From: Acidobacteriota bacterium
GTDB taxonomy: Bacteria; Acidobacteriota; UBA6911; RPQK01; JAJDTT01
NCBI GenBank assembly: GCA_965263035.1
Contig: OZ253580.1
Coordinates: forward strand, 128,001-192,000
Reading direction: 5' to 3'
DNA: 64,000 bases
Below the pieces are notes generated by a model. It was not told the origin of the DNA, searched no databases, and worked only from the letters and a program-made list of their open reading frames with translations. The position numbers and the translations under genes are program-made. Each line of letters starts with the position of its first letter. Within the stretch, counting starts at the first letter, position 1. Shown one piece after another: positions 20,851-31,194 of the stretch.

Positions 20851-21567
20851 TCACTTCCTGCTGACAAAGAGCACGCGGCTCGCTTCTTCGATTCCGTGGT
20901 TGCGGTCAAGGGATATACAAGAGACATCCGTCAAGCCGCTCCGTTCGAACGCCCGGACAACCGTGGAAACGGGATGCCAGGTCTGTAACAGATGAACAGT
21001 GTCGGGGCGAACCCGATCCGGGGATGATGTCGTCGCCCGGAACTCCGCCAGCCGAGTGTCCTCATCATATGACGCCGACACAACAGTTGTCATTCCCGGA
21101 TCGCGGATCGTCCGCGTGCCGGACCACGTCGTCCGATACATGATCGCAGTGTTGAGATCGAAGGCAAATGCGCCTCCTGGAGCGAGGCAACTTGAAACGT
21201 TGAGGAGTGCCGACTCGAGATCGTCCAACGTCAGCAGATGATTGAGGCTGTCGTACAGCGAGAAGGCGGCATCGAACTTGCGAGACAGGAAAAACGATCG
21301 GATATCCGCACAGATGAACTCACAACCGGGAGCGTTCACGGCCGCATGCCGGAGCATTTCGAAGGAGGCGTCGACACCAACAACCCGAAAGCCCTCTGCG
21401 CTCAGCTTCCGGGAAAACTGTCCGGTGCCACAGCAGGCATCCAGGATGGTGCTGCCGGGATCGAGCTTCCGCAATACAAGGCGCTCCATTTGCGGGAACC
21501 AGCCGAGGGAGGCCTCACCCCAGTGCCTGTTGTAGACGGCGGCGAATTTGTCGTACTTGGAAAGCAT
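20851..21567 (-). CDS. Class I SAM-dependent methyltransferase
   Basis: ILDACCGTG, GVDAS, YDSLNHL, LAPGGAFAFD. Confidence 0.9.
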   Translation of the reverse strand: MLSKYDKFAAVYNRHWGEASLGWFPQMERLVLRKLDPGSTILDACCGTGQFSRKLSAEGFRVVGVDASFEMLRHAAVNAPGCEFICADIRSFFLSRKFDAAFSLYDSLNHLLTLDDLESALLNVSSCLAPGGAFAFDLNTAIMYRTTWSGTRTIRDPGMTTVVSASYDEDTRLAEFRATTSSPDRVRPDTVHLLQTWHPVSTVVRAFERSGLTDVSCISLDRNHGIEEASRVLFVSRK

Positions 21568-21695
21568 GACTTTTACGGGTTAGAAGTTTCGTGGAACCGG
21601 CAGCGGCCCCGGCCCTCATTTCTCACCGTGAAATGCGATGATCACACTGGGTGGTGTCTTCGGTGTGCGCTCGCGAAAGCAAGCACGAAATGGGC

Positions 21696-21710
21696 TTGGC
21701 GGAGGAGGTG
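21696..21710. repeat. att core (displaced tRNA-Ser(CGA) 3' end)
   Basis: TTGGCGGAGGAGGTG is identical to 39899-39913 and lies 145 bp upstream of the integrase. Confidence 0.85.
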
Positions 21711-21854
21711 ACCCCTACCGGGAGGTTTTTTACGGTTTCAGGGAGTCTCACAAAGTCCACCTATCCCAAATCATTACTGGTATTTAGGGGTTCTTGACGT
21801 TTCACTCCGTTTCGGTTAGTCGCAGTACGATAGCGATACTGTAGGGAATACCGA

Positions 21855-23027
21855 ATGAAGAGACCACGGATACTGTCTGCGGCTTTTATCCGGAATGTCA
21901 ATCGGCCTGGACGCTATGGCGACGGGCGCGGTGGGCATGGATTGAGCCTTCTCGTCAAGCGTACCGCAAACGGGCGACTCTCGAAAACCTGGGCGCTGCG
22001 GCTCCGAAAGCATGGCAAACCGTTCAACGTCGGGTTGGGCATCTACCCGCTTGTGACGCTGGCCGAAGCTCGACAGGCTGCACTCGCCAACCGGCGGGCT
22101 TTGGTGCAAGGCCACGACCCGCGGGGTGGCGGCATTCCGACATTCGAGCAAGCCGCCGAAAAGGTCATCCGAATCCATGCGGCGACGTGGACGCCCGGCG
22201 GCAAATCTGAGGTGCAATGGCGGGCAAGTCTTCGCGACTACGCCATGCCGATACTCGGCCACATCCGGCTGGACAAGATCACGACGGCTGACGTGCTAGC
22301 CGTGCTCCTCCCAATCTGGAACGAGAAGCGGGAGACGGCTCGACGGGTGCGGCAACGCATCGGCGCCATCATGAAATGGGCGGTGGCTCAGAACTACCGT
22401 CAAGACAATCCAGCCGGGGAAGCCATCGGCGCCGCTCTGCCGAAAAACGGCGTTCATCGCCAGCACCACAAGGCGCTCCCGCATGGTGAAGTCGGGGCCG
22501 CAATTCAGAAGGTTCGACAGTCGGGCGCCTACCGGGCCACGGTGCTCGCGTTCGAGTTCATTGTGCTGACGGCTTGCCGCTCCGGTGAGGTTCGGGGCGC
22601 CCGGTGGAAGGAAGTGGACCTTTCGACGGCGACTTGGACCATACCGGGCAAGCGAATGAAAACTAGGCGGGAGCACCGGGTTCCATTGTCGAAACGGGCC
22701 CTGCAAATTCTGAACGAGGCGCTGGCATTCGCGGACGGTTCCGGGCTGGTGTTTCCGTCTCTGACCGGACGGACCTTGAGTGATTCGACGATTTCCAAGC
22801 TACTCAGAGAAATCGGTATCCCGGCGGTGCCGCATGGCTTCCGGTCCAGTTTCCGCGACTGGTGCGGCGACAACGGGACGGCGCGAGAAGTCGCGGAAGC
22901 GTGCCTAGCGCACACCGTCAAGGGTGTTGAAGGTGCATATTTTCGGAGTGACCTCTACGCGCGGCGGGCAATTCTTATGGAGAAATGGGCGCAGTATCAA
23001 TGTATGGAACTCAGTAAGACTCTATGA
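21855..23027 (+). CDS. P4-like tyrosine integrase with N-terminal arm-binding domain
   Basis: GRYGDG..GLSLLV..GLGIYPLVTLAEAR; TACRSGEV, PHGFRSSFRDW, LAH, AY. Confidence 0.95.
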   Translation: MKRPRILSAAFIRNVNRPGRYGDGRGGHGLSLLVKRTANGRLSKTWALRLRKHGKPFNVGLGIYPLVTLAEARQAALANRRALVQGHDPRGGGIPTFEQAAEKVIRIHAATWTPGGKSEVQWRASLRDYAMPILGHIRLDKITTADVLAVLLPIWNEKRETARRVRQRIGAIMKWAVAQNYRQDNPAGEAIGAALPKNGVHRQHHKALPHGEVGAAIQKVRQSGAYRATVLAFEFIVLTACRSGEVRGARWKEVDLSTATWTIPGKRMKTRREHRVPLSKRALQILNEALAFADGSGLVFPSLTGRTLSDSTISKLLREIGIPAVPHGFRSSFRDWCGDNGTAREVAEACLAHTVKGVEGAYFRSDLYARRAILMEKWAQYQCMELSKTL

Positions 23028-23172
23028 TATAATTACCGAGATTCGTTTTTAAATCGATGTTCTAGATCCGTGTCAAGGCAAGGGAAATAGACACGAATCA
23101 ACGGGCACTCTAGAACTCGAAAGAGCCATTCCGTCTTATAGGCAAGATGGCTTCACGAGAAGGAGTGCTAAA

Positions 23173-23566
23173 GTGTACATCGAACCTCAGATTCTCCGCA
23201 TCCACGAAATTTGCCGAGTTGTCGGTCTGAGCAAGCCGACCGTTTACCGCGAGATGAAGCGGGGCACATTTCCGCCGCCGATTCGACTAGGAGTCTGCGC
23301 GGTAGGAATGATCGTAGCGAGAAAGCGGGGAATCGAGGCCAGATTTTCTCGATTTGGAGGTGCATAGTCGTTCTATTCGCCGAGAAATCGGGGAAATATG
23401 GACTGATTCTACCGCTTTCGCAGTAGATTAATTTCTGCCGCGCAGGCTCCTAGGCAAGCGGGCCGTCGGCTGGCGGCGGTCTGATATCCAAGAGTGGCTT
23501 GACTCCAGGCCATCGTCAACCAGCGAGAGTCGGGGCTGTGCCGATGAATGTAGTTCAGTTTCCTGA
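23173..23566 (+). pseudogene. alpA: AlpA-family regulator/excisionase interrupted by a MITE
   Basis: Removing the MITE and one CTAG restores ILRIHEICRVVGLSKPTVYREMKRGTFPPPIRLGKRAVGWRRSDIQEWL. Confidence 0.85.
23291..23449 (-). mobile_element. MITE family 1, copy B
   Basis: Reverse-complement copy with CTAG on both sides. Confidence 0.9.
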
Positions 23567-23693
23567 ACCGGACCTGTTCGGCTCTCTGGACATTCCCCCC
23601 GAACCGCAGAATCGCAACGAACGGAATCATTTTTCGTTTGCGCGGGCTTTCGTTGCTCAGCATCCAGAGGACCGCCGCTTCGATTCGACTATA

Positions 23694-24767
23694 GCGGCCC
23701 GTGGTGAAAGTCCGGAAACGTCAACCCGGTCATATGAAATTGTGTTATGGCCATGGGAAAGAAACCGTCTGGAGGACCGCAGCGGAAGATGTGGGTGCCG
23801 ACGGAGAAACTGCCGCGCAGCCCGGGACATCCGTTCTACGAGCGGTTGAACCGAGTGCGGGAGAAAGCCGGCTTTGACGGCTTCGTGGAAGGCTTGTGCG
23901 CGGTTTTACGCGGAGCGGTTGGGTCGACCGAGTCTGCGGCCGGGAAGGTACTTTCGGATGCTGCTGATCGGGTACTTCGAAGGCCTGGACTCGGAGCGGG
24001 CCATCGGCTGGCGGGTGGCCGATTCGATGAGTGTGCGGGCCTTTCTGGAATACGATCCGGAGGAGGCGGTGGACCTGGAGACGGGGGCGGTGGTGGCGGT
24101 GACGGTACAAGGGGCGGAAGCGGGCGACACGAAGACGATGGACAAGACGTTGCGGATGGCCCGGGAGGAGGTGTCGGCGGTCCAGCCGGGGGCCGAGGTG
24201 AGGAAAGTGGTGGCCGACAAGGGATACACAGTACGAAAATCGCGTTGGAATTGAAGCAACAGGGATTTCGCAAGTACGTGTCCGAACCGGAGCGGAAGGG
24301 ACGACGACGCTGGAAGGGGCGGGTGGACGCCCAACGGGCCGTCTACGGCAACCGGCGGCGCCTTCGTGGCGTGCGCGGCCGGCGATTGCAGCGCCAGCGG
24401 AGCGAACGGGTGGAACGACCGTTTGCCCACAGGCGCGAGACCGGAGGGCTGCGCCGGATCTTCGCTCGGGGCCATCCCAATATGCGCAAACGACTGCTGG
24501 TGCACGTGTGCGGATTCAATCTGGGCCTCTTGATGCGCCAGCTGACCGGTTTCGGGACGCCCCGCAGCCTACAGGGACGCACGGTGGCATCTATTGGAGC
24601 GCAATTGGCTTGGTGGAGCGGCTTGGAGCGTTTGCTGAAGCGCTGCTGCGCGTCGATCCGCCCCGATCCGTCGATAGTCGCGTCCCAAATCCATCGTTAC
24701 ACTATCTGAACGTCAACGTTCGAATAGAACATTAACGCGCAAAATCAAGCCTTTTGCCACGGGCTGC
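23694..24767 (+). mobile_element. Internally deleted IS1182/IS5-like element (DUF772 + DDE), pseudogenised
   Basis: TIRs GCGGCCCGTGGTGAAAG / CTTTTGCCACGGGCTGC with TA flanks; GRPSLRPGRYFRMLLIGYFEGLDSER, ADKGY, VERPFAH split over frames. Confidence 0.8.
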
Positions 24768-24840
24768 TAGGAGCAATCGATTCCCATGTCTCAGAAAAAG
24801 CGTTTTTCCATACTATATTGAAAAGCATTGAAGCACCTAT

Positions 24841-26836
24841 CCCAGATTATTCATCATACAAACATAAAATGGGAAAGCGTTCCCGCCATGTCGAGTCGGA
24901 TCAGAGGGTTACGGGATACCCACAGAAAAAGGTCGAGAGCCGCCGTGGGTGAAACGCTATCGTGGTTTTCGACTCCGCCTTAATCTTTGGGTTCAGAGGG
25001 GTCCGAAACCCATGCATTTCCAAGGTTTTCTCCCCTTCCAGGGGCGGCATAAAGAGACGGCGTGCCCGTCATTTGTGGTATGATTATAGTGCTAAGAAAC
25101 AACCACAAAGAACGGAGCACGCCATGCCTGAGACGATACCGCAGATCCGGCCCTCATTCAACCGATCCCTCCGCCTCGAGACCCGCCCCGAGTTGCTCAG
25201 TGCGGACACGGGAGCCCTGGTGCAACGGGAGCTGATGGAGCGCAGCGGCCTCATCGATTGGTTGACCGAGCGGTTGCACGATCCGCGACACCCGAGTTCG
25301 ATCCGCTATCCGCTGTCGGATCTGCTGCGGACTCGACTCCTGCTGCTGGGGCAGGGCTGGCGCGACCAGTCCGACGCCGACCGCCTGCGTCAGGATCCGA
25401 GCTTGCGGGTGGCGAGCCAGACCCGTCGGGGCACGGCGGCCTTGGAGGAGGGCCACGGGCTGGCGTCGCAGCCGACCTTGTCCCGACTGCTGGACACGCT
25501 CAGCCGGGAGGAGAACCTTCCGGTCCTGCACCAGGCGGTGACGGAGCTGGCGTGCCGTCGGATCGAGATGATCGAAGGCCGGCGGCGAAAACGGGGGGAA
25601 AAGACCCCACGGAAGAAGAGACGGAAAAAGACGATGGTCCTGGACGTGGACGGTCTCCCGGTCGAGGTCCATGGGCATCCCCCGGGAAGCGAATGGAACG
25701 GATATTATCGCCAAAGGATGTACCACGGGTTGGTGGCGAGTTGTGCCGAGACGGGGGACCTGATCGACGGGGAGATTTATCCGGGGGCCAGCTACCTGGG
25801 GAAGCAGGCGCTGAAGTTGACGCTACGGGTGGTGGACCGCTGTCGCGGGCGCCTGTGCGGCTCGATGATCGTGCGGATGGATGCGGGGTTCCCGGAGCCG
25901 GGGCTGCTGAAGGGGCTGGAGTCGAGAAGCGTGCCCTATATCGCTCGAATCCGCAAGAATGAGGTCCTGAACCGGATGGCGAAGCCCTACTTGACCCAAC
26001 CGGCGGGGCGATCCCCGGATGCACCACCGAGGCTCTGGTTCCATGAGCTGACCTATCAGGCGGAGAGTTGGGATCGGGCGCGCCGGGTGGTGCTGGTGGT
26101 GCGGGAGCGACTGGGGGAGTTGTATCCGGATCATTTCTGGTTGCTGACGAGCCTGAGCCGGAAACGATACCAGGCTCAGGAGTTGCTGGCACAGTATCGA
26201 AAGCGGGGGAAGGCGGAAGGCCACATGGGGGAGTTGATGGACGTGCTCGATCCGGCCTTGTCCTCCGCGAGCCGGCCCAAGACGCACTATCGGGGCCAAC
26301 CGCTGAAGCCGGGAGCGAAGCCGGAAGCGACGACGGAGGCCGGGGTTCGACCCCACAACGAAGTCTTGTTCCTGCTGAATCTGCTGGGGTACGAGATCCT
26401 GCACCTGGGTCGGGTGCTGATGGAGCAGGCGACGCGTCGGGGCTGGAGTCTGCGTCGTTTTCGCGAGCGGGTGTTGCGAGTGGCATCTCGGGCGCTACGT
26501 CAGGGGAGGCGATTGATTTTCGTCATCAGTCAAGGGGCGACAGACTGGAAGCGGTTGTGGCAGAGCCTGGCGCGGGTGTCCTGGGCGCCGGGATAGGGGA
26601 CGGAGGAGAAATCGGGCCCGTGGAAGGGACCGAAACGGTGGGGATTTCTGGCCGGAAAGTCAACCTGTCGGCGGGTGACGGTCCCCCTGGCCGGTAAATG
26701 GTTTATGACTGGTTCAATCGTCCTGTTTTTGAGCCGATTCAGTCGAATCGACAGAGGTTCAAGAGAAACCGGGCTGCGACCGCACGAAAACGCCGGGTTG
26801 GAAGCCCTTATCAACATGTCCCATGAATAATCTGGG
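24841..26836 (+). mobile_element. IS1380-family element
   Basis: Perfect TIR CCCAGATTATTCAT / ATGAATAATCTGGG with 5-bp TSD CCTAT. Confidence 0.95.
25124..26596 (+). CDS. IS1380-family transposase
   Basis: LASQPTLSRL, LDVD, VRMDAGF, YRKRGKAE. Confidence 0.92.
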   Translation: MPETIPQIRPSFNRSLRLETRPELLSADTGALVQRELMERSGLIDWLTERLHDPRHPSSIRYPLSDLLRTRLLLLGQGWRDQSDADRLRQDPSLRVASQTRRGTAALEEGHGLASQPTLSRLLDTLSREENLPVLHQAVTELACRRIEMIEGRRRKRGEKTPRKKRRKKTMVLDVDGLPVEVHGHPPGSEWNGYYRQRMYHGLVASCAETGDLIDGEIYPGASYLGKQALKLTLRVVDRCRGRLCGSMIVRMDAGFPEPGLLKGLESRSVPYIARIRKNEVLNRMAKPYLTQPAGRSPDAPPRLWFHELTYQAESWDRARRVVLVVRERLGELYPDHFWLLTSLSRKRYQAQELLAQYRKRGKAEGHMGELMDVLDPALSSASRPKTHYRGQPLKPGAKPEATTEAGVRPHNEVLFLLNLLGYEILHLGRVLMEQATRRGWSLRRFRERVLRVASRALRQGRRLIFVISQGATDWKRLWQSLARVSWAPG

Positions 26837-26854
26837 CCTATTGATTTGACGCCA

Positions 26855-27316
26855 CTACAGTTTCAACTTGAGCCACTTGAATTTCCTCAACTTATCGACG
26901 ACGTGCCTTTCGTAGAATTCCTTGTTCTCGTGGCCAACTATATTTATTAGGGACGTGATAGTCTCGTCTATATTGGTGCATAGGTGCCGAACGTCTTTCT
27001 TTATCTCGTAGGGTAGGACAGACGAGTGGTCGTTCAGCACAACTTCCAAATTGGGTATCATTATTTTGAAACAACGGTATCTGGCCGCATTAATCCCGTC
27101 AAATGGCATAGGTTCTTGCATTGGATTGTCGTCAAGGATCGTGCTTACACCATCATGCACAATCCTCCTGACATTCTTGATCTGCTTACGTCTCCGGCAA
27201 TACGCTCGAAGGTTGAGATTAAAACCGAGAAATCCCAAGACTACGAGCAGGAACAGTAGATTATTCTGATCTAGAATATAATCCAGTATGTAATCGGCTA
27301 GTTCTGAAATATCCAT
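26855..27316 (-). CDS. Hypothetical protein with N-terminal TM helix, AT-rich
   Basis: 153-aa ORF with hydrophobic LLFLLVVLGFLGF segment; composition is clearly foreign. Confidence 0.6.
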   Translation of the reverse strand: MDISELADYILDYILDQNNLLFLLVVLGFLGFNLNLRAYCRRRKQIKNVRRIVHDGVSTILDDNPMQEPMPFDGINAARYRCFKIMIPNLEVVLNDHSSVLPYEIKKDVRHLCTNIDETITSLINIVGHENKEFYERHVVDKLRKFKWLKLKL

Positions 27317-27560
27317 TGGTTCCCGTCCGGTTCCTTGGAGTCTAACGACAATCCCTGACTACGAATCCCGTTGACTTCAGAGGTCCCCGGCCAGCGTCCA
27401 GGGCCAGGAATCGGCCTGATTCCGGCCAGATTACCGCCAGGGGCTTGACGCCTTCTCCCGGCTCCTGATAGCAGTTACCGGCAGTCGGATTTCAGATAAT
27501 TTCAGTTAACGGACGTAGAGTGTCCATCAGGGGAGACCGACCAAATCAGAGCGGCGGTCG

Positions 27561-27589
27561 GGTCCATCCCCGCCTGTGCGGGGGAAATC
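27561..27589. CRISPR. Solitary type I-E-like CRISPR repeat, copy 2
   Basis: GGTCCATCCCCGCCTGTGCGGGGGAAATC, one mismatch to 12353-12381. Confidence 0.7.
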
Positions 27590-28207
27590 GATCCGGTTCT
27601 GGTGGAACCGTTTTGGCCCGATCTTTGCCGCCGAGCTCCGCAAGAAGCGGACAGGTCGAATGCGTGCGTTGTCGGCTTGGCGGTGGCACCTTGATGAGGT
27701 GTTCGTGAAAATCAATGGCGAACGCCATTACCTGTGGCGTGCCGTGGACCAGGAAGGCGAGGTGCTGGAGGCCTTTGTCTCGAAGAAGAGAGACCGCAAG
27801 GCCGCTTTGAAATTCCTCAGGAAACTGAGGAAGCGCTACCCCCCCAGGCCGGATGCGATCATCACGGATCGGCTGAGGTCTTACCGCGCGGCCTTGCGTG
27901 AACTGGGCGGATCCAGTCTGCATCAAGCTGGCCGATGGCTGAACAATCGTGCGGAGAATTCCCCCCTGCCGTTCCGGCGGCGAGAACACGCGAGGCTCCG
28001 TTTCAGGCGGATGCGAAGCCTCCAGAATTTTACCACCGTCCATTCTTCCGCCTACAACCACTTCAACCTGCGACGACCTCTCTGTTCACGGGACACTTTC
28101 AAGCTCAACCGCGCCGCTGCACTTGCCCAGTGGCGTCAACTCGGGGCGGCCTAATTCCCTGTCCCCGGTGGAATAACTCAGACCTGCGATTTTACTCTGA
28201 CAGTGCC
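27590..28207 (+). mobile_element. IS6-family transposase fragment, copy 2
   Basis: Duplicate of 12382-12999. Confidence 0.9.
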
Positions 28208-28315
28208 TTGCCGACTGGTCGGGAAGCAAAAGAGGCGGGTGCGTGGAACTCAAAGGATATTTTTGCAGCAATTTGGACAGTACCTTGAGCAGGCACTTCA
28301 GGCGGGCATCCCCTC

Positions 28316-29584
28316 CTATCGATCACCCAAGGCTTCCGCCTGCCGTTCGAAGCTCTTATCGACCACTGCGGAACCAATCGAATCGCCGAAGACGTTCACC
28401 GCCGTCCTGAAACGATCTAGGAGCCAGTCGACCGACAGGATCAGCCCGATATATTCGACAGGTAATCCGACCGCGTTCAACACGATCACCATCGTGACCA
28501 GCCCGGCTTCGGGAATGCCCGCGGCTCCGATAGCCGCCATGGTAGCAGTGACGGCAATCACAAGCTGCGAGGTGATCGTGAGCTCAAACCCAATCGCCTG
28601 TGCGATGAATATGGCAGCCGCGGCCTCATAGAGGGCGGTGCCATCCATATTGATCGTGGCACCCAAGGGAAGAACGAAATCGGAGGATTGTTTCGATACC
28701 TTGGCCTTTTCGACAGCACAATTCATCGTGATCGGCAGCGTTGCCGTTGAACTTGCAGTTGAAAAGGCCGTCAGTAGAGCCTGGGACATCTGGTACATGA
28801 AACGGAACGGGTTCCTTCGGGTGAAGATCCACAGGATCAAGGGAAGCGTTAAAAATGCATGGACCCCCAGCCCGGCAAGGACCGTTCCAAAGTACGCTCC
28901 AGTCTGTTGCAGAACCGCTCCCAGATTTCCCCCAGCCTGGGCTTCACCAAAGCGGGCAGTCACCAGGCAGAAGATTCCGAACGGGGCCAGTTTCATCAGC
29001 AACAGGATGAACGACAAGAGCGCTTCGTTGACTTGGACGATTATCTTGGTAAGCGCCTGGACTCGGGTGCCCATTGTCGTGAGCATTCCGGCAAAGATGA
29101 TCGAGAAGAAAATCAGCGGTAGCAGGCTGGTCTTGGCTGCCGACTCGATCAGGTTGTCGGTAAAGAGCATCAGGACCAAGCCCCGAAGGATTGTTCCCAG
29201 GTCCGCATCTTCCCGGCCAGCAGTGCTCACCTGACCCTCCGCGAGGCTCGCGTCCAGGGTCGTCTGGTCGACACCGACACCAGGTTGAATCAAATTCACC
29301 ATAAGCAGACCCACGATCACAGCCAGGACGGTTGTCATCAGGTAGTAGGTCACCGCAAAACCGCCGGGGCGGCCCAGTTTTCGAATGTCGCCGAGTCCAA
29401 TGATGCCGCTCATCACGCTGGCCATCACCAGCGGAACGACCATCATCGTGAGCAGGTTGAGGAATATCTCACCCCCAAGCTCGAACTGCATTGCAAATCC
29501 CGGAGCAAAAACAGCCAGGAGGATGGCCACAACAATCGCAACGGCGATGTACAAGGTCAGACGGCTCTTCGGTTTATCGGGCAT
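28316..29584 (-). CDS. DAACS-family symporter, copy 2
   Basis: Same protein as 13108-14376. Confidence 0.95.
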   Translation of the reverse strand: MPDKPKSRLTLYIAVAIVVAILLAVFAPGFAMQFELGGEIFLNLLTMMVVPLVMASVMSGIIGLGDIRKLGRPGGFAVTYYLMTTVLAVIVGLLMVNLIQPGVGVDQTTLDASLAEGQVSTAGREDADLGTILRGLVLMLFTDNLIESAAKTSLLPLIFFSIIFAGMLTTMGTRVQALTKIIVQVNEALLSFILLLMKLAPFGIFCLVTARFGEAQAGGNLGAVLQQTGAYFGTVLAGLGVHAFLTLPLILWIFTRRNPFRFMYQMSQALLTAFSTASSTATLPITMNCAVEKAKVSKQSSDFVLPLGATINMDGTALYEAAAAIFIAQAIGFELTITSQLVIAVTATMAAIGAAGIPEAGLVTMVIVLNAVGLPVEYIGLILSVDWLLDRFRTAVNVFGDSIGSAVVDKSFERQAEALGDR

Positions 29585-29888
29585 TGTGTAACCTCTCCGA
29601 GTTCGATGCGACGACTCTGCTTTCGCTTGGCGACGATGAACCATCATTATGCTCTTGCCAAGCCTGAAAAAACTAGCGAACGAGCATCGCTGCGTTCCGA
29701 GGACAAGAATCGGCCCCCAAAGGCCGCTCAACGGCCCCGAGTGGTTCTTACTCTGGCAGCCGTGGGAAAATGGATAGGAGGAGGCTGTTAGTGCTCTACT
29801 TAAAGTTCTGCCCTTCAGTATCGCGGACAAACTATTGGACGGCATCCGGCGGCAGATCGAGATCGACTTTCCAGCCCAGATCCGCCAA

Positions 29889-31155
29889 TGACCTTGCCCC
29901 CTAAAACGAGTCCAGTTTGAATGTTAGGATTTTCGGTTTAGGAAGGAGGCAAGGATGGCACGGAAGCGGTTTACGGCAGAATAGATCATTATGAAGCTGC
30001 GTGAGGCAGAGGTGGGTCTGGCCCAAGGACAGACGGTGGGACAGGTGTCGAAGCAGATCGGGGTGACCGAGCAGACCTACTACCGGTGGCGCAAAGAATA
30101 CGGAGGGCTGCGGATGGACCCGGCCAAACGGTTGAAGACCTTAGAGCAGGAGAATACCCGGTTGAAGAAGCGGGTAGCGGATCTGTCTTTGGACCAGCAG
30201 ATCCTGAAGGAAGTGGCCTCGGGAAACTTCTAGGCCCGGCGAAAAGGAGACGCGCCGTGGTGTGGGTACGAGAGAGATCAGGAGCCGAGCGAGTTTCCGA
30301 ACGTCGGGCCTGTCGAGTGCTGGGGCAGGGTCGGTCGACCCAGCGAAGGGAAAGGCATGTTCGCGATGATGAGGCCCGATGGGTGGCCGAGATCGTGGAT
30401 TTGGCCACCCAATAGGGCCGGTACGGATACGGAAGGACCACGGCAATACTTCATCGGAAAGGGTGGAAGGTAAATCACAAGCGGGTCGAGAGGCTCGAGA
30501 GACAGGAGGGGCTGAAAGTCCCGTCCCGACAGCCAAAGCGAAGGAGACTATGGTTTCATGATGGATCCTGTGTTCGGTTACGAGCGGCTCCTAAGGATCA
30601 GGTCTGGAGCTATGACTTTGTCCCTGAGCGAACCCATGATGGACGGGCCTTTCGGCTGTTGACCCTCCTGGATGAGACCACTCGAGAGTGCCTGACGATT
30701 CATGCCAAACGACAGATGAATCATCAGGACGTGTTGGACCGATTGGCGGAGTTGTTCGTGAATCGGGGAGTACCGGAATACGTTCGATCTGATAACGGTT
30801 CAGAGTTCACAGCACAGGCGGTCAGGGATGGGCTCAAGGCTGTAGGGGGGAAGACGTTGTACCTCGAGCCCGGTAGCCCCTGGGAGAACGGGTATGTGGA
30901 GAGCTTCAATGGAAAACTCCGGGATGAGTTGCTGAATCTGGAGGTCTTCGACACGCTGTGGGAGGCGAAGGTATTGGCCGAGAGATGGCGTCGGGAGTAC
31001 AACCAACGTCGGCCTCACAGCGCCTTGGCCTATCGGCCTCCGGCGCCAGAGGCCAAACTCCCCAGGTCGCAGGCATTGGGTCCTATCCCTTGGAGTGGCC
31101 TTCAAATGGTCCCGGGGCTAACTTAGAGGGTGATACCACTCGTGGGGGCAGGTCA
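29889..31155 (+). mobile_element. IS3-family (IS407-like) element with nonsense mutations
   Basis: TIRs TGACCTTGCCCCC / GGGGGCAGGTCA. orfA MARKRFTAE* has a premature TAG near 29980. orfB has a TAG at 30413-30415 and carries WSYDF, RSDNGSEF and WENGYVESFNGKLRDE. Confidence 0.9.
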
Positions 31156-31194
31156 GGACAGATCCAGGTTTCTCTGTGAGGGTGGGGGCTATCC

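Larger units (their letters stand above)
27561..29889. repeat. 2.33-kb duplicated block, copy 2
   Basis: Matches 12353-14681; right end coincides with the IS3 left TIR. Confidence 0.95.
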
